Of a DNA stretch of 64,000 nucleotides, positions 44,701 to 52,271 are shown piece after piece (within the stretch, counting starts at the first letter, position 1; every line of letters begins with the position of its first letter). Source of the DNA: Candidatus Staskawiczbacteria bacterium RIFOXYB1_FULL_38_37 (GTDB taxonomy: Bacteria; Patescibacteriota; Minisyncoccia; Minisyncoccales; Staskawiczbacteraceae); the NCBI GenBank assembly GCA_001822075.1, contig MHPK01000003.1:9437-73436 (forward strand), read 5' to 3'. Both the position numbers and the translations under genes were made by a program. A model generated the notes under the pieces. The model worked only from the letters and a program-made list of their open reading frames with translations. It ran no database searches and was not told where the DNA came from.

Positions 44701-47700
44701 AAACCAATTATGGCAAAGTATTGGCTTTGGCTGGCAATTTTACTGACATAGAAGCAGACAAGCGCGCAGCAAACTACACCTATACAGCAGCAGGCCCCAT
44801 ATTGCCCTCAACATTAGAAATTCTTAACCATACAGGCAACAAAGTCAGCCAGAAAAAATTTTATTATGATAACCAGCCGCTCGGCGCAGCTGTTAAGGGA
44901 AACCAGACAAAAATTGAATTTTGGCTATCGGGCGGCGCATACATTAACTCTCAAAAAACCTATACCAACAATGGTCTGGTGAAAACAGAAACCGACCCAA
45001 TGGGCAACGTCACAGAATACTTTTATGATGCTTATGATATGTATCCTGAAGTTGTTACCAATCCGTTATCTCAAAGCGCTTATTATGTTTATGATTATGG
45101 CATTGGAAAACCAAAACAAATCACGGACGCCAACGGGAATATATTTAAAAATTATTTTGACGGCTTGGGCAGAATTTTAAGGGCAGAACAGCCGGACGAA
45201 ACTAACCCTGCAGTTTTAGTTATTAAAACATCTTATATTTATAATAATGCCTCGCAAGCCGTGAGCATCCAAAAAACAGATTATCTGGATTCCTCAAATT
45301 TTGTTTCCAGTTATAATTATTACGACGGCTTGGGCAGAATTATCCAAACAAAAAAATCTGCTGAAAATAATAATTTTTCAACAAAAGATTTTGTTTATGA
45401 TAACCGTGGAAATTTGCAAAAAGAATCTTTGCCGTATTTCTCAAATATTTCAGCAAGAACAGCATCCAGCTCAACGTCGCAGCTTTATACAACTTATGTT
45501 TACGATGCTTTAAATCGTAAAATCAGCGAAACAAACGCAGTTGGTGCAACTTCTTTTGCATACCAAAACTGGCAGACAACAATTACAGACGCAAACAACA
45601 AACAAAAAGATTATGTTTATGACGCATATAATAATTTAATCCAGGTAAAAGAGCATAAAAGAGCTTACACATATATAACCTCTTATGTTTATGATGCAGC
45701 CGGAAATTTAATAAACATCACAGATGCTTTGGGAAATGTGCGCAATTTTAGCTATGACAAATTAGGCAGAAGGTTAACATCCCAAGATTTGCGCAGCCCG
45801 GCGGATTCTGTTTTTGGCGCGTGGAGATATTTTTATGACCGCAACGGAAATTTAATCAGTTCAATTAATCCTGAAAGGCAGATAATTGTTTATACCTACG
45901 ACGCATTAAACCGCAAAACTAGCGAAAACGATACTAGCCAAACAGGCGCAGAGTTAGTTTTGAGATATGACGATTGCAAAAATGGCGCAGGAAAGCTTTG
46001 TTATGCAGCTCCATTCGGGCTAAAAGAAAATTTTGAATATTCGCCAACGGGAAACACAACTAAAGACACAAAAAGAATTGCTGATACGTTTGTAGCCAGA
46101 ATTTTTGCAACAGAATATGCTTACGACCGCCAGGGCAATCAAACTTTAATTACAAACCCTGATTTATCGCAAATAAAATACCAATATAATATGGGAGGCT
46201 ATCCGGAAAAAGTTTTGTATAAAGAATCGAGCGGCGCAGATTTTGCAGAAATTGTAAGCAACTTTGATTATACGTCTGCAGGCCAAATTTCAGACATTTA
46301 TTATGCCACCGGCGCCCACACAACAAACACTTATGACGCAAACAAGCTTTATAGATTAACAAAAAAATTATCTGTTTCCGGAGACGTTAATCTGCAGGAT
46401 ATTTCTTACCAATATGACAATGTTGGAAATATAAAACAGATAATTGATAATTCCAGCACAGATGCCAGAAAAACCGTGGTTTATGTTTACGACGATTTAT
46501 ACAGATTAACTTCAGCTTCGGCAACCAACACAGCCAACAGCCAGAATTATACTGAAAGTTTTGTTTACGACGCAATAGGAAATATATTGTCAAAAAAAAT
46601 AAATGGAGAAAAAATAAATTACAGATACAAAGGAAATTTAAACAATACTGGCTCTGATTATGCAAACCCTGACGCCGCGACAGAAATAGCAGGAGATGTT
46701 TCAACCAGCTATAAATACGACCGCAACGGGAATATGACCGGCCAAGGATTGAATATATACAAGTATGACTATAACAATCGGCTGTTATCTTTTACTGCGC
46801 CGGGCGACCCCGCCCCTTATGATGGAAGAATAGATTATGCCTATGACCACACAGGTCAGAGAATAAAAACAAGAAAATTCGCCAGCGATGGAATTTTTGT
46901 GACATATTATCCAACTATGTATTACAACAAATTGCGGGACGAAATCACAAAGCATATTTTTGCAAACGGCTTAAATCTTGCTACAATAGAAGTAACAGGG
47001 GACACAGCAAAAACATATTTTAACTTTTCAGACTCCCTTCAAAGCTCAAGTGTGATGACCGACCAAACCGGAGCTGTTGTGGAAACAATGGATTACTACC
47101 CGTTTGGCGAAATACGGCTAGACAGCAAAACAGCAGATTTTGCAGAACAGCGCAAATACATAGGTCAGGAATACGACGAGGACACAGGGCTCAACTACCT
47201 TAATGCCAGATACTACAACTCCGCCATAGCAAGGTTCGTGACCCAAGACCCGATGTTTTGGAACTTTGACAGTTCATGGCTGGCAGACCCCCAAAACCAA
47301 AATGCGTACGCATACGCGCGGAACAACCCGATAACATTGTCAGACCCCTCTGGCGAAAAAGCATGGATAGAGTCTAAGTCAGTTTTTGATGTAAGGGGAA
47401 ATGCTGTTGGAATTCATACTTATTTTAAAGCAGTTCCAAATCATCCCGACGAAATTAATATTCAGGGTTTGCCCAAAGGAGCAGAGGGATTTACTATGGG
47501 CGGATATAACAGCAGTAATTTTGGTCCGACTAACAAGTTGATAAAAAATATGGGAACCACTGAAACGAGCTGGGATAAAGATACAGCTTTTGGTGATGGG
47601 GTGAAAATAAATAGCATGGAGATTAATCCGCCCGAAGGTCAAAATGACACTCAATTTATTAATAATCTCGGAAAGATTTATAATGAAACTGACTTGTCGG

Positions 47701-47975
47701 GAATGAATTATTTTAGTCTTGGTAATGTTAGAATAGGGAACACAAGTCTCTTTTATGATGCAAACTGCAACAATTTTTCTTACACACTAGGCGTAAAGGC
47801 AGGAGTAAAAGACCAAATGGATTCATTTGATCCAGGTCCTGGCGTATCTAGATCTATAGGTGAATATGGTTATAAGACAACCCTACCAACGACAAGTGTG
47901 TATAGAGAAATTAAGAATCAAATAAACTCATTAAAAGAAAGAGTTGGTAGTTTTATTAGTTCATTAAATAAATAA
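41787..47975 (+). CDS. SpvB/FG-GAP(VCBS)/RHS-repeat polymorphic toxin (2062 aa)
   Basis: Signal peptide; SpvB-type GFGWSLSIP; six DxNGDGxxD repeats; many YD repeats (YxYDxxGN); RHS core ...YLNARYYNSAIARFVTQDP...NNPITLSDPSGE; ~205-aa unassigned C-terminal domain. Confidence 0.9.
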   Translation: MEKDKLNVAKRIFVKLNVLLLIFGFLFQPPAGVFAQNETNEKPPTSIQISDKADKTKTQLDKALEEVQPKDENKNFEKEQSQEDSSAAEPVEQASAVEDEKTSNSNRITIDVDYATGAFSYKYKLDIPAGRNSLNPIIDLKYNSEDKNNASEIGFGWSLSIPKIKRLNKRGVNLLYESNDFYSSLSGELEKISESAFGAKIDDGSMLDYQLNNNVWTVTAKDGTKYIFGGETSAMLEDPSDLSKVYEWYLSRIEDTNGNFISYNYYDDTANNVVYPDSITYTNYGGSAGIYEIDFIKEARPDEYFSYAPGFLTKTTKRTAQIQVLTNGLWTRKYVLGYEQGDNGYRSMLNSVTEYGRDEAGAITALPEMSMLYSAGENSLVNNSNNNFPWPESQNQPASPFSLADGYLRVMDLNGDGLKDIAKSYNIQINGIDKPVFWVLVNTGHGWAQDTSWTQPIYSFVDGQGRTIEGKFVFSGIDTGDWNGDGKDDLIRFWREDLGGGRDLQHVVVLLNNGSGWTQDKNVSIDNITYSNACTGGSIYIMSGNSGGRFVDLNGDGFLDYVYAYNIQINGVHCPIFAVLYNEGGNLKWDQSVTVPWVNNGSGSAPLSLNDSIKALDLNGDGLLDFIWALDNSNPYFWVLINTGHGWAQDTSWTQPTYTYLSPSGAPQNGYFITSSGAGWRPMEINGDNLVDFVRLWTIDIGGGHSVGRSAVLVNTGHGWAQNDSLLAVGNYTASNNATGYPITTKMSATIIFDANGDGMDDIMHTAVSQTNGVYDVTDWLMQNTGHSANLVEKITLPEGGNFSFDYKASTSYTDQSGNLLNPNLPITYNTLKSVTSNDGFGNQAVTTYEYADGSYFYNNVYDRRFAGYGKITVQDPVGNKTIIYNHLGNGLQAGETGSDPADGSLIGKAYKTQRYDASGNLFSEAYTDWVSYDLGNNRDFTYKAKEVSNESGKQSAVEYIYNTTTGNLTNQTNYGKVLALAGNFTDIEADKRAANYTYTAAGPILPSTLEILNHTGNKVSQKKFYYDNQPLGAAVKGNQTKIEFWLSGGAYINSQKTYTNNGLVKTETDPMGNVTEYFYDAYDMYPEVVTNPLSQSAYYVYDYGIGKPKQITDANGNIFKNYFDGLGRILRAEQPDETNPAVLVIKTSYIYNNASQAVSIQKTDYLDSSNFVSSYNYYDGLGRIIQTKKSAENNNFSTKDFVYDNRGNLQKESLPYFSNISARTASSSTSQLYTTYVYDALNRKISETNAVGATSFAYQNWQTTITDANNKQKDYVYDAYNNLIQVKEHKRAYTYITSYVYDAAGNLINITDALGNVRNFSYDKLGRRLTSQDLRSPADSVFGAWRYFYDRNGNLISSINPERQIIVYTYDALNRKTSENDTSQTGAELVLRYDDCKNGAGKLCYAAPFGLKENFEYSPTGNTTKDTKRIADTFVARIFATEYAYDRQGNQTLITNPDLSQIKYQYNMGGYPEKVLYKESSGADFAEIVSNFDYTSAGQISDIYYATGAHTTNTYDANKLYRLTKKLSVSGDVNLQDISYQYDNVGNIKQIIDNSSTDARKTVVYVYDDLYRLTSASATNTANSQNYTESFVYDAIGNILSKKINGEKINYRYKGNLNNTGSDYANPDAATEIAGDVSTSYKYDRNGNMTGQGLNIYKYDYNNRLLSFTAPGDPAPYDGRIDYAYDHTGQRIKTRKFASDGIFVTYYPTMYYNKLRDEITKHIFANGLNLATIEVTGDTAKTYFNFSDSLQSSSVMTDQTGAVVETMDYYPFGEIRLDSKTADFAEQRKYIGQEYDEDTGLNYLNARYYNSAIARFVTQDPMFWNFDSSWLADPQNQNAYAYARNNPITLSDPSGEKAWIESKSVFDVRGNAVGIHTYFKAVPNHPDEINIQGLPKGAEGFTMGGYNSSNFGPTNKLIKNMGTTETSWDKDTAFGDGVKINSMEINPPEGQNDTQFINNLGKIYNETDLSGMNYFSLGNVRIGNTSLFYDANCNNFSYTLGVKAGVKDQMDSFDPGPGVSRSIGEYGYKTTLPTTSVYREIKNQINSLKERVGSFISSLNK

Positions 47976-47984
47976 AAATAAAAT

Positions 47985-48278
47985 ATGAGAGAGAAATTTA
48001 ACAATTTAATAAATCAAATTAGAAAATTGTTTTTTGGAATATTGTTCGGTTTTGGTATAGAGCTTTTTTTTGGAGTGGGATTGTCCTATTTCTTAGAAAA
48101 ATTTATCACAAATGATTTTGATCAACAATTGTTTGTGATACATTATCCATTATCGGCAATTTTAATTTTGAGTACGTATCTTATCTTTTGGAAAAAACAA
48201 TATACAATAGTTGCCGGCATTTTTTTAGGTGCCATTCTTTTTATTTTTTTATTGGCATTTTTGCTTACGGGTGTTTAG
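47985..48278 (+). CDS. small 3-TM membrane protein, candidate immunity protein
   Basis: Starts 9 nt after the toxin stop; three hydrophobic helices; position typical of Rhs immunity genes. Confidence 0.5.
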   Translation: MREKFNNLINQIRKLFFGILFGFGIELFFGVGLSYFLEKFITNDFDQQLFVIHYPLSAILILSTYLIFWKKQYTIVAGIFLGAILFIFLLAFLLTGV

Positions 48279-48412
48279 TTCGTGGCATAAATGGGGTCAT
48301 GTGATAAATGGGGACAATAAATGAATAAATGGGGACAGCCACCATTTATTTGCTACAATATGTGGTAATTGTGTGGTAATTGGTAATTGGGACAGCCACC
48401 ATTTCAGTCAGA

Positions 48413-48578
48413 GTTAAAGGGGTCAGGTACCTTTGATTGTCATTCTAATCGTGATACACTTAATTAATGCCAAGGGTTTTACGAGTATAAGGGTTAAGGG
48501 GAGGGTTAAGGGGTCAGGTACCTTTGATTGTCATTCTAATCGTGATACACTTAATTAATGCCAAGGGTTTTACGAGTA
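48413..48578 (+). repeat. tandem duplication (75 + 74 nt, ~92-nt period) of the RayT left end
   Basis: GTTAA(A)GGGGTCAGGTACCTTTGATTGTCATTCTAATCGTGATACACTTAATTAATGCCAAGGGTTTTACGAGTA occurs twice. Copy 2 carries the real ATG (48558). In copy 1 the same ATG is followed by a stop after 7 codons. Confidence 0.9.
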
Positions 48579-49245
48579 GATATTGGAAATCAAATTTACC
48601 ATGTCCTTAATCGGGCAAATGCCCGTTTGCCGATTTTTTTTAAAGAACAAGATTATCAGTTGTTTGAGAACATTCTTGAAAATGGCCGTGAAAAGTTTGA
48701 TATGCGTATTTTAGCTTACTGCTTGATGCCGAATCATTTTCACTTAGTCTTGCAACCTAAGGAAGATGGCGGTTTGCAAAGGTTTATGCAGTGGGCGACC
48801 TTAACACACACGCAACGTTGGCACAGCCAAAACAAAACCATAGGCTCGGGGCACCTGTATCAGGGCAGATACAAATCGTTTATCATACAAGAAGACAACC
48901 ACTTATTGGCAGTCATCAGATATGTGGAGCGCAACCCGCTCCGAGTTAATATTGTCAAACAAGCAGAAGATTGGCGCTTTTCAAGTTTGTACCGCAGGAT
49001 GTTTCCAAAAGAATTTAAAATGCATAAAAGAATTTTGTCAGACCTGCCGATTGATATGCCCAAAGATTATCTCGCTTTTGTTAACCAACCGCAAACAAAC
49101 GAAGAAATCGCGGCTATACGTTATTCGGTTAACCGCGGCAGACCTTTTGGCAATTGTGAGTGGGCTGATAAAATTATTAAGGCGTTCGGGCTTGAATCAA
49201 CCGTACGGAGCAGGGGCAGGCAAATCAAAGGTACCTGACCCCTTT
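48416..49245 (+). mobile_element. RayT gene bracketed by 23-bp inverted repeats
   Basis: AAAGGGGTCAGGTACCTTTGATT (48416-48438, and one A shorter at ~48508-48529) versus its exact reverse complement AATCAAAGGTACCTGACCCCTTT (49223-49245); each holds the AGGTACCT palindrome. Confidence 0.65.
48558..49238 (+). CDS. REP-associated / IS200-like Y1 (HUH) tyrosine transposase (RayT-like)
   Basis: YHVLNRANARLPIF, HUH motif LMPNHFHLVL, catalytic-Tyr region IRYVERNPL. Confidence 0.85.
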   Translation: MPRVLRVDIGNQIYHVLNRANARLPIFFKEQDYQLFENILENGREKFDMRILAYCLMPNHFHLVLQPKEDGGLQRFMQWATLTHTQRWHSQNKTIGSGHLYQGRYKSFIIQEDNHLLAVIRYVERNPLRVNIVKQAEDWRFSSLYRRMFPKEFKMHKRILSDLPIDMPKDYLAFVNQPQTNEEIAAIRYSVNRGRPFGNCEWADKIIKAFGLESTVRSRGRQIKGT

Positions 49246-49336
49246 GTTTGACCCCTTTGTTCGACCCCCCCTTTGTTCGACCCCTTTGTTCCTTTGTTCT
49301 TTGTTCCCTTCTTTGTTCCCTTTGTTCCTTTGTTCA
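49238..49336 (+). repeat. degenerate pyrimidine-rich short tandem repeats (GACCCCTTTGTT decaying to CCTTTGTT)
   Basis: Read directly; directly upstream of the 49340 promoter. Confidence 0.8.
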
Positions 49337-49339
49337 CAT

Positions 49340-49367
49340 TTGACGTGCTTGTATGAAAAAGTATAAT
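49340..49367 (+). promoter_or_regulatory. sigma70-type promoter (TTGACG-16-TATAAT), near-leaderless
   Basis: TATAAT ends 49367, ATG at 49375, no SD. Confidence 0.6.
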
Positions 49368-49374
49368 TAAATAT

Positions 49375-49611
49375 ATGAAAGAAGATTTTACAGAATTAGT
49401 TGAATATTTGGATGAGAAATTTGGCAAAGTTGCAGAAGATTTTAAGGAATTAAAAGATAATTTTAATTTACTGCAAAATTCTGTTGATGCTTACGCAGTA
49501 AAAGCCGATACATATTTTCAGGAGATGACCATGCTGTCTGAAAAGGTTAACCGCCACGATAAGTGGCTTTTACAAATTGCTGAAAAATTAGGCATTAAAT
49601 TAGAATACTAA
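49375..49611 (+). CDS. small coiled-coil protein, twin paralog 1 (78 aa)
   Basis: MKEDFTELVEYLDEKF... ...QIAEKLGIKLEY; both ends identical to 51372..51626. Confidence 0.65.
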   Translation: MKEDFTELVEYLDEKFGKVAEDFKELKDNFNLLQNSVDAYAVKADTYFQEMTMLSEKVNRHDKWLLQIAEKLGIKLEY

Positions 49612-49653
49612 GTAAAAAAGGGATCAGGGGACTTTAATAACAAACAATTTTTA

Positions 49654-49690
49654 ACGGCTCAACCCTATTTAGGTTGAGCCGTTGGCGTTT
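49654..49690 (+). terminator. intrinsic terminator
   Basis: ACGGCTCAACC-CTATTTA-GGTTGAGCCGT followed by TGGCGTTTT. Confidence 0.55.
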
Positions 49691-49793
49691 TGGGGCTGGT
49701 TTTGCGCTTGCTGAAAATTTGACTAATTGTGATTATTCTGGCAGAATAAAATACAAATCATTCAATCAGTATAAAATTATAAAAGCAGTAAAA

Positions 49794-50177
49794 ATGAAAG
49801 TAAATGAACTTATGGCATCAAATCAAAAAAAGTCAGCCATAGACGTAAAATACATTAAATGGTGCCGGAAGATTGCTAAAACAAACAATGAAGTTGAACT
49901 TATATCTCATTTTAGAGAACACGCTTATAAGCACTTCAATCGGCATAAACACGAAGGAGAACTTGGTTTAAGAATTTGGTTAATTGGAGTTTTTAATTTT
50001 ATGTATATCCTAAGAGAAAAATACCCAAAAATTACCACAGACGATATGCTGTTTAAGCTTTGTTCATACTATAAAGATTATAAAAGAGGGTCTAAGCCAT
50101 CTTTTAATATTGATAAATTTATGAGAAAATACAAGGGAGACATTAAAGATTATTATTATGAATATCAGGCAAAATAA
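49794..50177 (+). CDS. hypothetical protein (127 aa)
   Basis: In-frame ATG (aa 41) of track ORF 49674..50177, whose upstream part lies in the terminator; no motif recognised. Confidence 0.5.
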   Translation: MKVNELMASNQKKSAIDVKYIKWCRKIAKTNNEVELISHFREHAYKHFNRHKHEGELGLRIWLIGVFNFMYILREKYPKITTDDMLFKLCSYYKDYKRGSKPSFNIDKFMRKYKGDIKDYYYEYQAK

Positions 50178-50622
50178 GAAAATTTTGTATATAGATATGG
50201 ATGGCGTGTTGGCTGACTTTGATTCTGAAATCGCAAAAATTGATGCTGGCACGCTTAAAAAATATAACGGTAATTTTTGCAGTATTCCGGGTATTTTTTC
50301 AAAAATGTCCCCGATGCCCGGCGCAATTGAAGCCTATGAAAAATTATCACAAAAATTTGATACATATATTTTATCAGCTGCGCCATGGGATAATTCTTCC
50401 GCCTGGTCTGATAAACTGCAATGGGTAAAAAAGCATTTGGGAGAGGCAGCATATAAACGGTTAATAATTACTTGCCATAAAAACTTAAATAAAGGAGATT
50501 ATTTAATAGATGATACAAACAAAAACGGCGCTGGAAAATTTGCAGGCGAACTTATTTTATTTGGTTCGGCAAAATTTTTAAATTGGAAAAGCGTTTTAGA
50601 ATATTTGTTGAAAAAGGAATAG
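50158..50622 (+). CDS. 5'(3')-deoxyribonucleotidase (HAD, NT5C-like)
   Basis: YIDMDGVLADF (DxDxV/T HAD motif I), later K and DD motifs; size. Confidence 0.75.
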   Translation: MNIRQNKKILYIDMDGVLADFDSEIAKIDAGTLKKYNGNFCSIPGIFSKMSPMPGAIEAYEKLSQKFDTYILSAAPWDNSSAWSDKLQWVKKHLGEAAYKRLIITCHKNLNKGDYLIDDTNKNGAGKFAGELILFGSAKFLNWKSVLEYLLKKE

Positions 50623-50652
50623 TTCTTTAACTAACAAGAAAGGCGGTGGCAA

Positions 50653-51201
50653 ATGCCAACACGCATAGTTGTGGGAGGGGTAGCAAATTGTGGTAAATCT
50701 ACACTTACGGCATCTATTTACAGAGAGATGCAAGCCAGAGGCATTAATGTGGGCATTCACGAGTTGGATGTTTTTGAAAATACCATTCCTTATATTCTTG
50801 GCATTGAAAGCTGGGGACAGAGGATAAAAGTAAAGTCGGGCGATTGGGCAAACCCATGCATTAGCCAGGCAATCGCCACTTTTACAAGAGACAAACGTCA
50901 TTTTGTTTTAGGAGACCTTACGGGCATAATAGACGGTCTTTTAGAAAAAATGGTTGAAAAGGCAGATTTGGCCATTGCTATTGGAAAAGACCAGCAAAGT
51001 CTTCAAGATTGGCTTGATTTTTTTAAATCTCAAAAAATTCCGGTAATAATAAAAGTTATTTCTTATGTTGGCGACACCTTGCCCCAGTGTTCTTTTGAGG
51101 ATGTAATTTTTGTTGGAAACTTAAAAAGGAAAGTCTTAAAAAACGATGAGATTTATCGGGTCGTTAATCAGTTACTCATAGTGTGTAATCATGCGGATTG
51201 A
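50653..51201 (+). CDS. P-loop NTPase, unassigned
   Basis: Walker A GGVANCGKST, Walker-B-like FVLGDLTG. Confidence 0.55.
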   Translation: MPTRIVVGGVANCGKSTLTASIYREMQARGINVGIHELDVFENTIPYILGIESWGQRIKVKSGDWANPCISQAIATFTRDKRHFVLGDLTGIIDGLLEKMVEKADLAIAIGKDQQSLQDWLDFFKSQKIPVIIKVISYVGDTLPQCSFEDVIFVGNLKRKVLKNDEIYRVVNQLLIVCNHAD

Positions 51202-51237
51202 TGTTAAAATATCATCCGCTTTTTTTATTTTGTTTAG
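51193..51237 (+). terminator. intrinsic terminator
   Basis: GCGGAT ... ATCCGC followed by TTTTTTTATTTT; 5' arm overlaps the stop codon. Confidence 0.6.
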
Positions 51238-51254
51238 ATTGATATAATAAAAAA

Positions 51255-51335
51255 ATGGTGGCTGACCCCCATTTCATTTCACATTTCCCATTTCCCCCAT
51301 TCTTTTCACATTATTCACTCACCCCATTATTCGCT
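51255..51335 (+). repeat. degenerate pyrimidine-rich repeats (CCCATTT-type) starting with ATGGTGGCTGACCCCCATTT
   Basis: Read directly; the first 20 nt are the near reverse complement of AAATGGGGACAGCCACCAT at 48328-48346. Confidence 0.7.
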
Positions 51336-51336
51336 A

Positions 51337-51364
51337 TTGACCTGTCCATAGGAAGAAGTATAAT
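51337..51364 (+). promoter_or_regulatory. sigma70-type promoter (TTGACC-16-TATAAT), near-leaderless
   Basis: TATAAT ends 51364, ATG at 51372; same geometry as 49340-49375. Confidence 0.6.
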
Positions 51365-51371
51365 CAAATAT

Positions 51372-51626
51372 ATGAAAGAAGATTTTACAGAATTAGTTGA
51401 ATATTTGGATGAGAAATTTTCTAATATAGACAGACAATTAGAAAATTTGAAAGAGAATAAAACAGATAAGTCTGATATGAATACTTTGTTCAATGCGGTT
51501 GACGCTTACGCCCAAAAAGCCGATGCGTTTTTTCAGGAATTAGTGATGCTTTCTCACCAAATAAACCGTCACGAAAAATGGCTACACCAAATTGCCGAAA
51601 AATTAGGCATTAAACTGGAATATTAA
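51372..51626 (+). CDS. small coiled-coil protein, twin paralog 2 (84 aa)
   Basis: In-frame ATG (aa 40) of track ORF 51255..51626; the upstream part is the repeat/promoter region. Confidence 0.65.
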   Translation: MKEDFTELVEYLDEKFSNIDRQLENLKENKTDKSDMNTLFNAVDAYAQKADAFFQELVMLSHQINRHEKWLHQIAEKLGIKLEY

Positions 51627-51640
51627 GAGGAAAAGAATCA

Positions 51641-51667
51641 AAAAGCCCGCATTTCGCGGGCTTTTTG
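51641..51667 (+). terminator. intrinsic terminator
   Basis: GCCCGC-ATTTC-GCGGGC followed by TTTTT, A-run upstream. Confidence 0.75.
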
Positions 51668-51717
51668 GTTGTTGCAAAATACCCGAATCAGTGGTTTAAT
51701 AAATAAAAATATAAAAT

Positions 51718-52266
51718 ATGGCAACAGAAATAGAATTTAGGGGACCGTTAACAAAAAATGAATTTCAAAAATTGTTAAACTTCTTTAAAAAAGAGGCCAA
51801 GTTTGTTAAGAAAATGAAAAGAAAAACATTTGTGTTTGAAAATAAAGATAAAACATTAGACCTTAAAGTAAGAACAACCGACGGAATTCTGGAGATAGTT
51901 CTTAAAAAAGGTTTTATGGGAGCCGTAAGAAGAGAAGAAATAATTTTACCGCTTAAAACAGATTTTATAAAAGAGGCAGTAAGATTATTTTCTCTTTTGG
52001 GACATAATAAAGGGATAATCGCCACAAGAGACAATTATATTTTTAACTATAAAAATATAGAGTTTGCCTTGGTAAAGTGCCCTGGCGGATATTGTTTTTA
52101 CGAAGCCGAATTGATTAATAACAAAAAAATAAAAAATCCGGAAAAACATATTAAAGAAGTTTTGAAATCATTAAATCTTAAAGCGTGGTCGGAAAAAGAA
52201 GTTTACGAATTTATGATGTATTGCAAAAAAAATATTGACGAACACTTTGAGTATAAAAATAAATAA
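51718..52266 (+). CDS. CYTH-like domain protein (tentative)
   Basis: N-terminal EIEFRG (ExExK-like), later ...CPGGYCFYEAEL resembling the CYTH C-terminal strand. Confidence 0.45.
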   Translation: MATEIEFRGPLTKNEFQKLLNFFKKEAKFVKKMKRKTFVFENKDKTLDLKVRTTDGILEIVLKKGFMGAVRREEIILPLKTDFIKEAVRLFSLLGHNKGIIATRDNYIFNYKNIEFALVKCPGGYCFYEAELINNKKIKNPEKHIKEVLKSLNLKAWSEKEVYEFMMYCKKNIDEHFEYKNK

Positions 52267-52271
52267 AAATT

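Noticed and set aside
48413-48578. Possible CRISPR-like repeat/spacer pattern
   Set aside because: There are only two copies. The repeat is 75 nt and the spacer 17 nt, and the repeat includes the start of the RayT ORF. This is a tandem duplication, not an array.
27366-49245. Idea that the in-frame GGVSDTPP palindromes are REPs mobilised by the RayT at 48558
   Set aside because: The RayT flanking repeat (GGGGTCAGGTACC core) shares no sequence with the in-frame palindromes. A link cannot be supported from this window alone.
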